Origin: Marinicella sp.
GTDB taxonomy: Bacteria > Pseudomonadota > Gammaproteobacteria > Xanthomonadales > Marinicellaceae
Assembly: GCA_965230295.1 (NCBI GenBank)
Contig: OZ246001.1
Coordinates: 3,264,001 to 3,328,000 of the forward strand
Reading direction: 5' to 3'
Length of the DNA stretch: 64,000 bases
The notes beneath the pieces are model-generated. The model worked only from the letters and a program-made list of their open reading frames with translations, had not been told where the DNA came from and made no database searches. Below are positions 40,412 through 50,165 of the stretch, piece by piece (position 1 is the stretch's first letter; every line of letters starts with the position of its first letter). The translations under genes and the position numbers were made by a program.

Positions 40412-42439
40412 TTATGGACTGTTGCCATCAAATCCGTCTTTAAAGATGGGGCATTCTGGTGGGGTATTGGGTTCTGACACCAAAATGACATCATCTATGG
40501 CTGCTTCAATGATGCTGCCATTGTTGGTATCTTGGGCAATGAAACGGATTTGAAATTGATTGGTGTTGTTGACAAAGTTTGCCACACGAAATTCTTGATA
40601 AACCCATTCTGCAGCTACACCATTGCTGATGGTTTCTACGGTGGTCCAGTTGCCACCTGCATTGTCAGAGACCTGAACCACGAACGTATCATCGCTGTTG
40701 CCGTTATCACCCCACCAGCGCCAGTATGATATGTGTGCTTCGGTACTGCTGGCATCTAAGATGGGTGAAACCAAACGGGTCGCACCGCCATCAACGTCAG
40801 TATTACCGGCAGCATTACCCGTGACATAAGCTGACCCTGATGAATCTGCATCCCATGGTGGGTCTTGTCTGCGACCAAAACCAGCAGGTACGCCTCGTTC
40901 CCAGGATCCGGCGGTTAAACTGGGATCATCATCAACAGTCCATCCCTGATCAGTCTCGAAGGTGTCTCTGAATGTGTCATTGAATGAATTACCCACTCGC
41001 CTGATGAAACGCCTGTTGGCAGAGTTATCTGCGGTAAACGGGTGATGAACAATGCCACCACTGAGGGTTTCCACATCGATTTTAAAGGTCACTTCACTGG
41101 CACAGGCTGAAGCAGGTAGAGTGGCTTCATAGGTGGCTGCTGCTACTGGTGATAACGGAATGGTTACATCACCATTGCCATAATCATAAATCAAGCTGGC
41201 TGAGTTGAAACTGGCCGGTAAGTTATCACGATCAAGGATGTCAACCTGGAAGCTGGTTCCTGACGTAGGTATATCCTGTGCAATGGGTGTAACTTGTTCG
41301 ATCCGAATCTGAGGTGGACCATTGAGGCAAATGCCAATGGGGTTAGCCAGGGCATTGAGTAATCCTGTATTGGCCAATGAAGTGCCATTATTGGCACCGC
41401 CACCAGCAGAACAGCCCGCATTGGTGTGAATACCAATCGCAGTTCCTGTTCCTTCAACTTCGACTGCAGACCCTGAATTACCACCTGTGGTATCAACCGT
41501 GTATTGTAAAGAGGTACCCGATACACCTGTCAGCTCACCGGTGTGTGTGGTTTGTGTTTGGCTCCAGTCTTGCGGAGTCCCTTGGGTACCATCGATCGTG
41601 CCATAGCCGGTGATCCGTATGGTCTCTCCTCCCGGAGTAGCAGGAGGGGCGGCTAAAATAAAGTTGTTGCCTTGCGCTTCAAAAGGTGTCAATCGGGTTT
41701 GGCTGTTGGGAAATGCACCAAAATAAGCCCAGTCATTACCAATACCAGTTAAATCCCATTGCACCGAGCTGAAATCAATGGGGTATTGATTATCTGGAGA
41801 TGCGTGGTTGGTGGATCCATTGGGGTTAGACAAAGGCACATCAAACTCAACCACACTGGCAGCCGCATCGAGGTTACCTTGGGCGTCTTCTACGCAGTGT
41901 CCGGCAGTCAGAAAGCAGCCCTGAACATCGTCAATCAGCCAAGCTGTACACCCAATAGGCATGATGCGAGCCGTCCTTGCATCTGACGCCAGTGTGCGAT
42001 CATCATCAGCACCACAGATTGAACGTGAGTTATCAGTGGGCGGGCTTCCCACTTCACCCACACTGATTTCATCGATTCTGATCCTGGCTGTGTTGCCTGG
42101 ATCACTCAGTAACTCAATTTTGACTGCATCACCGTTGAAATAGGCACTGGTGTTGCGCCACTCTTGTAAGGTTTCGGCATCATGGGTTTGAACAGCGCCA
42201 TCCAACAATGAGGTGATCCTTATGGAAGAAGTTTGACCTAAAACTGCCGTTGAAAAATGTAAGCGAATCCAAGTGGCACCGTCTACTTTAATCTCCTCAT
42301 CAAAAATAACTGCATGTTCTGTACCGAAGTTTTTGACTACCCCAGAGTCCACTTCAATGTCCACCAATCTTGAGGGCAATGGGTTCTTAGCGAATACGCT
42401 TGATGACACCATCAAACAGGTCAAAATGATCAATTTCAT
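40412..42439 (-). CDS. Secreted trypsin-like (S1) serine protease with N-terminal and C-terminal accessory domains
   Basis: Signal peptide; catalytic TAGHC, NDW and GGNSGS; ends IFKDGFDGNSP. Confidence 0.9.
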   Translation of the reverse strand: MKLIILTCLMVSSSVFAKNPLPSRLVDIEVDSGVVKNFGTEHAVIFDEEIKVDGATWIRLHFSTAVLGQTSSIRITSLLDGAVQTHDAETLQEWRNTSAYFNGDAVKIELLSDPGNTARIRIDEISVGEVGSPPTDNSRSICGADDDRTLASDARTARIMPIGCTAWLIDDVQGCFLTAGHCVEDAQGNLDAAASVVEFDVPLSNPNGSTNHASPDNQYPIDFSSVQWDLTGIGNDWAYFGAFPNSQTRLTPFEAQGNNFILAAPPATPGGETIRITGYGTIDGTQGTPQDWSQTQTTHTGELTGVSGTSLQYTVDTTGGNSGSAVEVEGTGTAIGIHTNAGCSAGGGANNGTSLANTGLLNALANPIGICLNGPPQIRIEQVTPIAQDIPTSGTSFQVDILDRDNLPASFNSASLIYDYGNGDVTIPLSPVAAATYEATLPASACASEVTFKIDVETLSGGIVHHPFTADNSANRRFIRRVGNSFNDTFRDTFETDQGWTVDDDPSLTAGSWERGVPAGFGRRQDPPWDADSSGSAYVTGNAAGNTDVDGGATRLVSPILDASSTEAHISYWRWWGDNGNSDDTFVVQVSDNAGGNWTTVETISNGVAAEWVYQEFRVANFVNNTNQFQIRFIAQDTNNGSIIEAAIDDVILVSEPNTPPECPIFKDGFDGNSP

Positions 42440-42604
42440 TGGCTTATTCCTCTTTAACTGTTGTTATATTTTTGTATCAGCAAGACATCCTACATCAATC
42501 TGGCTACATTCCCAATTAATAATCATCTTCTGAATAAAAATAACACTGATCTATTACAAATGAACTTGTAGTGACTGATACTTAATCGATGTTTGATGTG
42601 ATCA

Positions 42605-43140
42605 GGAAAGCTGCTGAGCAGCTTGACCCGCCGAGCCGGTTAGGCAAATCATGCAATCATGGCGATTTTGCAAAGCAAAGAAGCCTTGATGTAATGATTG
42701 ATTAGCCGTGAGCTTTTGTTATAGCGGCCGCTATCACTCCTAGCTATCGCGGCAGACCTACATCCATGTAGTCACCTCTGATACCGGCATCCTGCCTCCT
42801 CAGAGGACTTACTTCCATGTAAGCCAATCAGAGGCGAAGAGAATAGCCAATGAACATGTGGCGATTTGACGAAGTCAAGAAGCCTTATGTGAATGGCGTT
42901 ATAGCACAGGCAATGAAAGTTGGGCGGTTTTATCGAAGATAAAGAAGCCCGATTTGAATGCCGCAGTGCGTGCGAGGTAGCAAGTCATGTTCGCCGTGGT
43001 CGTTTTCACTTTTGTCTGGAACAGACATGCAGTGCGAAGCAACTGCTCAGACAATAGTCTGTAAAGGTCGGTTTATTTGCGCAGCAAATATGAAGACCTG
43101 TCAGACCATGAACCAGAATGAAGACCCAAGAACATTCCTT
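42605..43140 (+). repeat. Structured intergenic repeat element, copy C (536 bp; four hairpin cassettes plus a nested GGA-hairpin block)
   Basis: Same termini as copies A and B; long near-identical blocks shared with both. Confidence 0.9.
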
Positions 43141-43194
43141 GTATCAATGGGTGTAGTCATATGACCACCAACTTCACAATATCGCAATCTGCTT

Positions 43195-43893
43195 ATGGCT
43201 TATACTATGCGACTGCGTGTGCTGAAAAGCAAAAATAAAAACAATCAAATAGTGGGTGATATTTTTATGAAAACTGCTTTAGAAATTTTTCGAATCCATC
43301 ATGAATCCATCAAAAGGCTGATCAGAGCCAATGATGTGTATGACCTCATTAAAATGTATGCTCAGAGGAAAGACGACATTCTTTTGGATTTGGCCATAAA
43401 TGTGGTCAACAGTGAAGGGATCAGTTCAATCACAGAATCAAAAGACATCTATGGGGCTGATGATGAAATCAGCGAAGTCGAAGAGGGTCAATACTTGGCC
43501 TATGCCTGTGAACAAAGCATCCAATCGACTTATACGGCATTTGAAAAATACTTGGTGAACAAATATTGGGAGTTATTCAGGACCAAAGGATTGGGGTCTT
43601 ACAGTTCTGATGCCAAGCGGTTTATGGGTCTTTCTTCAATTGCCGATATTTATCACAGTAAACTCAACATTGATTTAAAGGCCTTCAGCGATCAACAAAT
43701 TGAGCTGAATGAAGATGATTGGTTTTTTGCAGAAACACCCTGGCATGCCATTGAAATTCTGCAACAGGCAAAAAATGAAATTGCCCATGAAGGCCAGTCA
43801 AGCCGATATCAAATTACTCAGGTGGAGGATGCGTTTTTTGTTCATGTTTTCATAGGGCAGTGGGTCCATGCATTCGATGCTGCGCATACGTAA
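43195..43893 (+). CDS. Hypothetical protein, possible HEPN domain (alternative start 43267)
   Basis: Helical protein with STYTAFEKYL and C-terminal KNEIAH, resembling HEPN E...RxxxxH with R replaced by K. Confidence 0.6.
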   Translation: MAYTMRLRVLKSKNKNNQIVGDIFMKTALEIFRIHHESIKRLIRANDVYDLIKMYAQRKDDILLDLAINVVNSEGISSITESKDIYGADDEISEVEEGQYLAYACEQSIQSTYTAFEKYLVNKYWELFRTKGLGSYSSDAKRFMGLSSIADIYHSKLNIDLKAFSDQQIELNEDDWFFAETPWHAIEILQQAKNEIAHEGQSSRYQITQVEDAFFVHVFIGQWVHAFDAAHT

Positions 43894-44098
43894 AAAATAA
43901 GTGACTCAGGGTGTCATATTTGGCTTCTCAGGACGCCTTTATGATTAAATAAATATTTGTTTCAGTGATTCTGAGTTCAAAATAGCCACCTGAATTAAGT
44001 TTGCTGTTTAAAGTTCAGGTATTCCAACTATAATACCCACCTAATTCCGGGCCATGTGCTCAGAGCTTACCCCAACCTAAATATTGATGAGAGATTAT

Positions 44099-47000
44099 AT
44101 GCTTGATATCCGATCTTCTGCGCTTAATAAAATAAGTGCCTTGGCTTTACTTTTGTTGACCAATTGGGCCTATGCCGGTAACACCACATGTGATTCTATT
44201 GCCAGTGGCAACTGGAGCGATGCCAGTACCTGGTCTTGTAACACAGGTTCTGGTATTCCTGTGTCAGATACTAATGTGAACATTCTCAATACCCACACAG
44301 TTTTGTTGGATATCGATGCCAGTGTAACTCGGGTGATTGTGAACCCAGGTGGTGACTTGGATGTGGCCGCCAGTCCTGGTGGACTGGCTTTGTCATGGAT
44401 TTCTAATTCGAGTGACATCAGTGCGGCCAATATTGATTTATTTGGTGATTTCACGATCAATGCCTTAACAGGATCTCCCATTGATTTGATCTTGGGTGCA
44501 GTTGACGGTCCGTTTGATTTAAATCTCAATGCAGAAGGCAATACGCTTATTAATGGCCCATTAGGCGCTATTACACCTCTGAATGGTTTTGATACTGATC
44601 AAGATGGCACCATCACAATTGCTCATACAATCACCACAAATTTTAGCCAGTTTATTGATGATGATGCAGTGATTATTAGTGGTGATGTAACCTTATCAGG
44701 GCTTGGTATTAACATCAGAGGTACTGTAGATGCCGATGTGTTAGCCAGTGACCGAAATTTAGCCATTATTTCAACAGGTGGATCACAATTCATCAACACC
44801 GTTGGTGGGATCACACCTTTGAACTCATTGGTAGTTGATGCCAGTTTCATGACCCTAGAAGCTGATGTGAGTACCACTGAGACGCAAACATACATTGCTG
44901 CAACTCGAATCAGAAGTGCTGTCAACTTGACCGGAACCATTGTCAATTTCAATGGTGAGCTGAATTCAGAATCAGTCACTGCAAATGGATTTGATTTAAC
45001 GGTGACAGGGGATGCCAATTTCACTTCTGATTTGGGCACATTGACCCCAGCTGCATTTGGTGTGATCAACTTGAACAGCATCACAGTCTCAGGAAATGTA
45101 GATTTTAATGTATCTGGTGATGGTGCAGACATCATAACTGATGGCGATCAAGCTTTTAATAGCACGTTAACCGCTCAAACTGATATCAAGTTAAGCAGTC
45201 GAAACTCAGGAGACATTACTTTCAGGGATGACATCTTTGCAATAGGGCAGCATTTAACCATCAATACTGCTGGAACCACCATGTTTACCGACAATGTGTT
45301 TGGCGCTCCTGTCAATGTAGAAGCTGCCAGTATCACCACTGATGCAGCAGGAGTGACTCGAGTTACTTTCAATGCCGACTTCCAGCTGACCAGTGATGAC
45401 ACACCTACCACGTTCAATGATGAATTGCGATTGGGGCCAAGCACCCGTTTTACCCTCAATCAAAATGGTGCAGCCGATACGGTGTTTAATGACGATGTGA
45501 TCCAGATCAGTGGCGGTTCAAAACTGTTGACCGTGAATGATGTCAGTGGTCAAACCATCTTCAATGGATCGGTCAATCTGGGTGAACTGATCACCAATGA
45601 CGGTTCAGGTGATGACAGCACAGTCATCAATACGCCAACGATGACCATCAACCAAGCGGTCTCTAATTCAGGGATCATGACCTTCAATGATCCGGTTGAA
45701 TTGATGCAAGATGTCACCTTCACAGAAAACAACAGTGGCCAGATCATCTTCAACAACACCTTGGATGAGGCGGATGGTGCTGGCAGTGTTGATGTTGTCA
45801 TCAATTCAGACAACGAAGTGGTTTTAGGGCCCGTAGGTACTGTCAGAAGCATCAATTCCATCACCACAGACGCTGGCGGTTCAACCACTCTGAATGGTGA
45901 TGTGTTGGGTAACACGCCCTTTAACTTCAATGATGCTGTTACATTGGGACAAAACTCACGTGTTTCTGCTGAAGACGTGGCGTTTAATGGCGCAGTTAAC
46001 CTACAAACCTTTGATCTAACAGTCAGCGCCTTAGACGCCAGTATGGATGGTGTCATCAGTGGTTCAGGTAACCTGATCAGTCAGGTCTTTAGCGAATTGC
46101 GCTTGACCAATGAGAACACCTACACTGGAGAAACCAGAATCACTGAAGGCAATTTGAGCTTCATTGGTGCCATTTCGAACAATCACATCATCAACTCGAG
46201 TGCCATCATTCTTGAAAATGGCACAACATTGACACCTAATAATTTCACTTTCACCTACAATTTGCCCAATGGGCAAACCCTGTCTGGAGAAGGAACTGTT
46301 AATGACTTTTTCGTCGCTGACTCAGGTTCGATAGTCAGTCCTGGCAGCAGTCCTGGTATCCTGAATTTTGCCAGTTTGTCCATGGCTACTGGCAGCACCT
46401 ATCAAGTAGAAATTGAGGGCTTAACACCTGGCAGCGGTCATGATCAGTTGGTTGCCAATTCTGTGCAGTTGGATGCATTTCTTCCTGGTGGTGCCACTTT
46501 AGAATTGACCCTCAACAGCAACATCACTTTGAATGATGAATTGGTGGTGATTGATAATCTGGGGGTCTCTCCAGTCATTGGTACATTTAATGGATTGTCA
46601 GAAGGATCAATGGTAACGGCTTCCAATGGCACCACTTTCACCATCAGTTATGTGGGTGGTGATGGCAATGATGTGGTATTGACCGGAACTTGTTCCAGTG
46701 CCATCACAGTTACCAATGGAGCAGACAGCGGTGCAGGATCATTTAGAGAAGCAGTTTCGGACATTTGCCCAGGTGGCACCATTGATTTTTCTGGTAATAC
46801 CAGTGTCACATTGAACAGTGAAATTTTGATTGATAAAACCATCAATATTGATGGTACCGGATTCAATGTTGTGTTTTCAGGTAACAGCGCCAATCGCGTG
46901 TTCTATGTTGGAGCCACAGGTGAATTGAACCTGCAATCAGTATTTGTGGTCTTGGGATTCAGTGCCAATGAAGGTGGTGCCATTTTCAATGAAGGGGCCT

Positions 47001-49039
47001 TGTCTGTTATTGAAAGCACCTTTGAAGCCAACTCATCAGCCAGTAATGACTTGGCTGGGGGTGCTATATTTAATGCCAGTACAGGCTCATTGGACATAGA
47101 AAGCAGTACATTCCTCAGTAATACAGGCATTCGCGGAGGAGCGATCTTTAACAGTCAAAATGGCGCCGATGAAGGTGCTGTTGTGATCAGGAACAGTACA
47201 TTTGCCAGTAATGGTAACAATGCTTTGGAAGGCGGAGCCATCAATAACCGCGGTGTGATGATCTCAACCAACAACACCTTTGCCAACAATGGCGGAGCTG
47301 GAACAAACGGTGGTGGTGTGTTTACCTGGGATGGAGACACCACGTTGATCAACACCATAATCGCTGACAGTCCCAGTGGCTCCGATTGTTTCATTGCAAA
47401 CAACAGTGTTGAATCGAATTCGAATAGCTTGATTGAGGGTGGCAATTGTGACGCGGCCTTGACTGATGATCCACAGTTATTGGCATTGGATTTATATGGT
47501 GGCAACACCTTAACCATCGGGTTGAGCTTACAAAGTCCGGCTGTGGACGCTGGTAGTGATGCTTTATGCACCACTGAGGATCAACGCGGTTTGCCAAGAC
47601 CTCAATTGGAGTCATGTGATATTGGCGCCTATGAAACTGAATTTCTAGGCATCATTCATGTGAATCAAAATCCAACGCCAGCTCTTTCTGGTACCTGTTT
47701 ACCAGGTGCCTGTTGGTCCAACGCTTATACAAATTTGCAGGATGCCATAGCTGTGGCCGGTCCGACTTCGGAGATTTGGGTGGCCGAAGGCGTTTACCTG
47801 CCTGATGTTGGACAGAATCAAACAGATGATGACCAAAATTCAAGCTTCGTTTTACCAGAAAGTGTGTTGCTTTTTGGTGGCTTTGATGGCTCTGAAACCG
47901 TTCGAGAACAACGAGACTTTATCAATAACGTCACCATTTTATCCGGTGATATTGATGAAAATGATGTCAATTTGGATGGTAACAACACAGCCGAAACCGT
48001 GGCTGATATCATGGGCCAAAATGCATTCAATATTCTTGAAACAACAGGAGACTCAGTGGTGTTGGATGGCTTTACCATCACTGCAGGGTTTGCCAATGAT
48101 AAGCCAACGAACAGCCGACGTGGTGGTGGTATCAATTGTTCAGGAACGCAAAGTACCAATAACGTGTTTGCGAACAACTTGTGGATTGCTAACTGGGCCG
48201 ATAATAGAGGTGGTGCATCGTATTCATGTCATGGTACCTTCTTAACGTCTCAATTCGTGGCCAACCAATCGGGTGATAATGGAGGTGCAGTTTACGCCGG
48301 TTTTGCAGCCAACCTGGAACAAGTCAGTTTCATCGGCAATGCAGCATCAGGCCAAGCTGGGGCATTGTATGCAGGGATGCTGAATATTGATCGAGGGTAT
48401 TTTGCAGCCAACCAAGCAGGCACATCAGCTGGTGCAGTTTACTCATTCATTGAATCGACCATCACCAACACATTGTTCCGTGGTAATGCTGCAGTTTCTA
48501 ACGGAGGAGCTCTTGAACTTGGAGGTCAAAACGAGTTGGTCAATGTAACTTTAACCGGCAATGTAGCAGGTCAATCAGGTGCCGCCATTTACAGCCAAAA
48601 TGGTCCCATCAGGCAAGGTGGAGACGGCATAGATTTGTCCAATTCCATCATCTGGAATAACCAGGATAACTCTGGTACTGGAACCATTGGAGCGGGTATT
48701 ACCAGTGACATCATACCTTCAGTCACCAACAGCCTGTTCCAAGGCTCAGGTGGCAGCACCAACTGGAATGGGGCTGCAGGCACTGATGGTGGTAACAACA
48801 TCGATCTGGATCCTGAGTTTGTTTTGGATGTGATTCTCTTTGATGTGCCAACGGTATTTGGTAACGCACGCTTAACACCTGGGTCTGTAGCCATAGGTTC
48901 AGGGAATAATAACTTAGTGACCACACCATTCGATTTAGATGGCAATGGCCGCATCAATGGTGGCACCGTTGATATGGGTGCCTATGAATACAGTGACTTG
49001 ATCTTTAAAGATGGTTTTGATCAAAACAGCGGGAAATAA
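44099..49039 (+). CDS. Large secreted beta-helical surface protein (passenger-associated repeat, GGA(I/V) repeats, choice-of-anchor-Q-like segments)
   Basis: Signal peptide ending AYA; NTYTGETRITEGNL; PGSSPGIL; ISYVGGDGNDVVL; many GGAIFN repeats; SPAVDAG...DQRG.PR....CDIGAYE; ends DLIFKDGFD. Confidence 0.9.
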   Translation: MLDIRSSALNKISALALLLLTNWAYAGNTTCDSIASGNWSDASTWSCNTGSGIPVSDTNVNILNTHTVLLDIDASVTRVIVNPGGDLDVAASPGGLALSWISNSSDISAANIDLFGDFTINALTGSPIDLILGAVDGPFDLNLNAEGNTLINGPLGAITPLNGFDTDQDGTITIAHTITTNFSQFIDDDAVIISGDVTLSGLGINIRGTVDADVLASDRNLAIISTGGSQFINTVGGITPLNSLVVDASFMTLEADVSTTETQTYIAATRIRSAVNLTGTIVNFNGELNSESVTANGFDLTVTGDANFTSDLGTLTPAAFGVINLNSITVSGNVDFNVSGDGADIITDGDQAFNSTLTAQTDIKLSSRNSGDITFRDDIFAIGQHLTINTAGTTMFTDNVFGAPVNVEAASITTDAAGVTRVTFNADFQLTSDDTPTTFNDELRLGPSTRFTLNQNGAADTVFNDDVIQISGGSKLLTVNDVSGQTIFNGSVNLGELITNDGSGDDSTVINTPTMTINQAVSNSGIMTFNDPVELMQDVTFTENNSGQIIFNNTLDEADGAGSVDVVINSDNEVVLGPVGTVRSINSITTDAGGSTTLNGDVLGNTPFNFNDAVTLGQNSRVSAEDVAFNGAVNLQTFDLTVSALDASMDGVISGSGNLISQVFSELRLTNENTYTGETRITEGNLSFIGAISNNHIINSSAIILENGTTLTPNNFTFTYNLPNGQTLSGEGTVNDFFVADSGSIVSPGSSPGILNFASLSMATGSTYQVEIEGLTPGSGHDQLVANSVQLDAFLPGGATLELTLNSNITLNDELVVIDNLGVSPVIGTFNGLSEGSMVTASNGTTFTISYVGGDGNDVVLTGTCSSAITVTNGADSGAGSFREAVSDICPGGTIDFSGNTSVTLNSEILIDKTINIDGTGFNVVFSGNSANRVFYVGATGELNLQSVFVVLGFSANEGGAIFNEGALSVIESTFEANSSASNDLAGGAIFNASTGSLDIESSTFLSNTGIRGGAIFNSQNGADEGAVVIRNSTFASNGNNALEGGAINNRGVMISTNNTFANNGGAGTNGGGVFTWDGDTTLINTIIADSPSGSDCFIANNSVESNSNSLIEGGNCDAALTDDPQLLALDLYGGNTLTIGLSLQSPAVDAGSDALCTTEDQRGLPRPQLESCDIGAYETEFLGIIHVNQNPTPALSGTCLPGACWSNAYTNLQDAIAVAGPTSEIWVAEGVYLPDVGQNQTDDDQNSSFVLPESVLLFGGFDGSETVREQRDFINNVTILSGDIDENDVNLDGNNTAETVADIMGQNAFNILETTGDSVVLDGFTITAGFANDKPTNSRRGGGINCSGTQSTNNVFANNLWIANWADNRGGASYSCHGTFLTSQFVANQSGDNGGAVYAGFAANLEQVSFIGNAASGQAGALYAGMLNIDRGYFAANQAGTSAGAVYSFIESTITNTLFRGNAAVSNGGALELGGQNELVNVTLTGNVAGQSGAAIYSQNGPIRQGGDGIDLSNSIIWNNQDNSGTGTIGAGITSDIIPSVTNSLFQGSGGSTNWNGAAGTDGGNNIDLDPEFVLDVILFDVPTVFGNARLTPGSVAIGSGNNNLVTTPFDLDGNGRINGGTVDMGAYEYSDLIFKDGFDQNSGK

Positions 49040-49063
49040 CCACTGCCATCTTTGATGATCTGA

Positions 49064-49087
49064 AAAAGGGCGGTTTTCCGCCCTTTT
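49064..49087. terminator. Bidirectional intrinsic terminator
   Basis: AAAAGGGCGG-TTTT-CCGCCCTTTT between convergent genes. Confidence 0.9.
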
Positions 49088-49116
49088 ATTATGGGTAGGT
49101 TAAAAGCTACAACGGT

Positions 49117-49989
49117 TTAGACGGCCTCATTTTTGTCTTGTGTTTTGCTTTCAAAATCACTGGCATCATGGCGTTCATGTAGCTGATCGCCGAGATCACC
49201 CCAGCTGCGATTGACCTTGCGGCCGCGTTGTACAGCGGGTCGGGCGTCAATGGCATGTGCCCAGCGTTGTATATGCTTGTAGTCGTCTACTTGAAGAAAT
49301 TCTGCAGCATCATACAGCCGACCCAATACCAAAGCCCCATACCAGGGCCAATTGGCGATGTCAGCAATGCTGTATTCACTGCCGGCCAAATACTCATTGT
49401 TTGCCAACTGCCGATTCAACACATCAAGTTGTCGTTTGACCTCCATGGTGAATCGATCAATGGGGTATTCCATGGGTTCGGGAGCATAGCTGTAAAAATG
49501 GCCAAAACCACCGCCCAAATAGGGTGCGCTGCCCATTTGCCAAAACAACCAATTCAGACACTCGGTGCGCTGTGCCGGATCATCTGGAATTAAGGTGCCA
49601 AACTTGTTGGCAAGGTGCAACAAGATCGAACCGGACTCAAATACACGGATCGTTTGTTCACCACTGCGGTCTAGCAGGGCAGGGATTTTAGAGTTGGGAT
49701 TGATTTCAACAAAACCACTGCCGAATTGATCACCTTCATTGATGTCTATCAAATAAGCATCGTATTCGGCACCCGTATGGCCAGCCTCGAGTAATTCTTC
49801 AAACATCACCGTCGCTTTGACGCCATTGGGGGTGGCCAATGAATACAGTTGAAACGGGTGACTACCTGTAGGCAGTGTTTGTTCTTGACGGGCTCCTGCA
49901 GTGGGCCGATTGATGTTGGCAAACTGCCCGCCGTTACCCGGATTCCATTGCCACACCTTGGGTGGTGAATAAGTTGTTGATTCTGTCAT
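49117..49989 (-). CDS. yghU: Glutathione-dependent disulfide-bond oxidoreductase (GST family)
   Basis: YSPPKVW, INRPTAGAR, LYSLATPNGVK, NPNSKIP and FESGSIL. Confidence 0.95.
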   Translation of the reverse strand: MTESTTYSPPKVWQWNPGNGGQFANINRPTAGARQEQTLPTGSHPFQLYSLATPNGVKATVMFEELLEAGHTGAEYDAYLIDINEGDQFGSGFVEINPNSKIPALLDRSGEQTIRVFESGSILLHLANKFGTLIPDDPAQRTECLNWLFWQMGSAPYLGGGFGHFYSYAPEPMEYPIDRFTMEVKRQLDVLNRQLANNEYLAGSEYSIADIANWPWYGALVLGRLYDAAEFLQVDDYKHIQRWAHAIDARPAVQRGRKVNRSWGDLGDQLHERHDASDFESKTQDKNEAV

Positions 49990-50165
49990 GTTTTGTTCCT
50001 GTTGTGGTATTGGGAAGATGAAAAAAGATGACCTGATCTTATGAAATATCATGCAAAAAAAACGTAAAAATGGTTGATACATTTTCAAATCAAATCATGA
50101 GTAAAGTTCAAATTGTCACCAATCAGGTTACAATGCGATGCATTCGGCTTTATTACTGAACAAAC

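Noticed and set aside
44170-48966. Series of minus-strand ORFs of 66-170 aa
   Set aside because: Antisense shadows caused by codon bias in the large surface protein gene.
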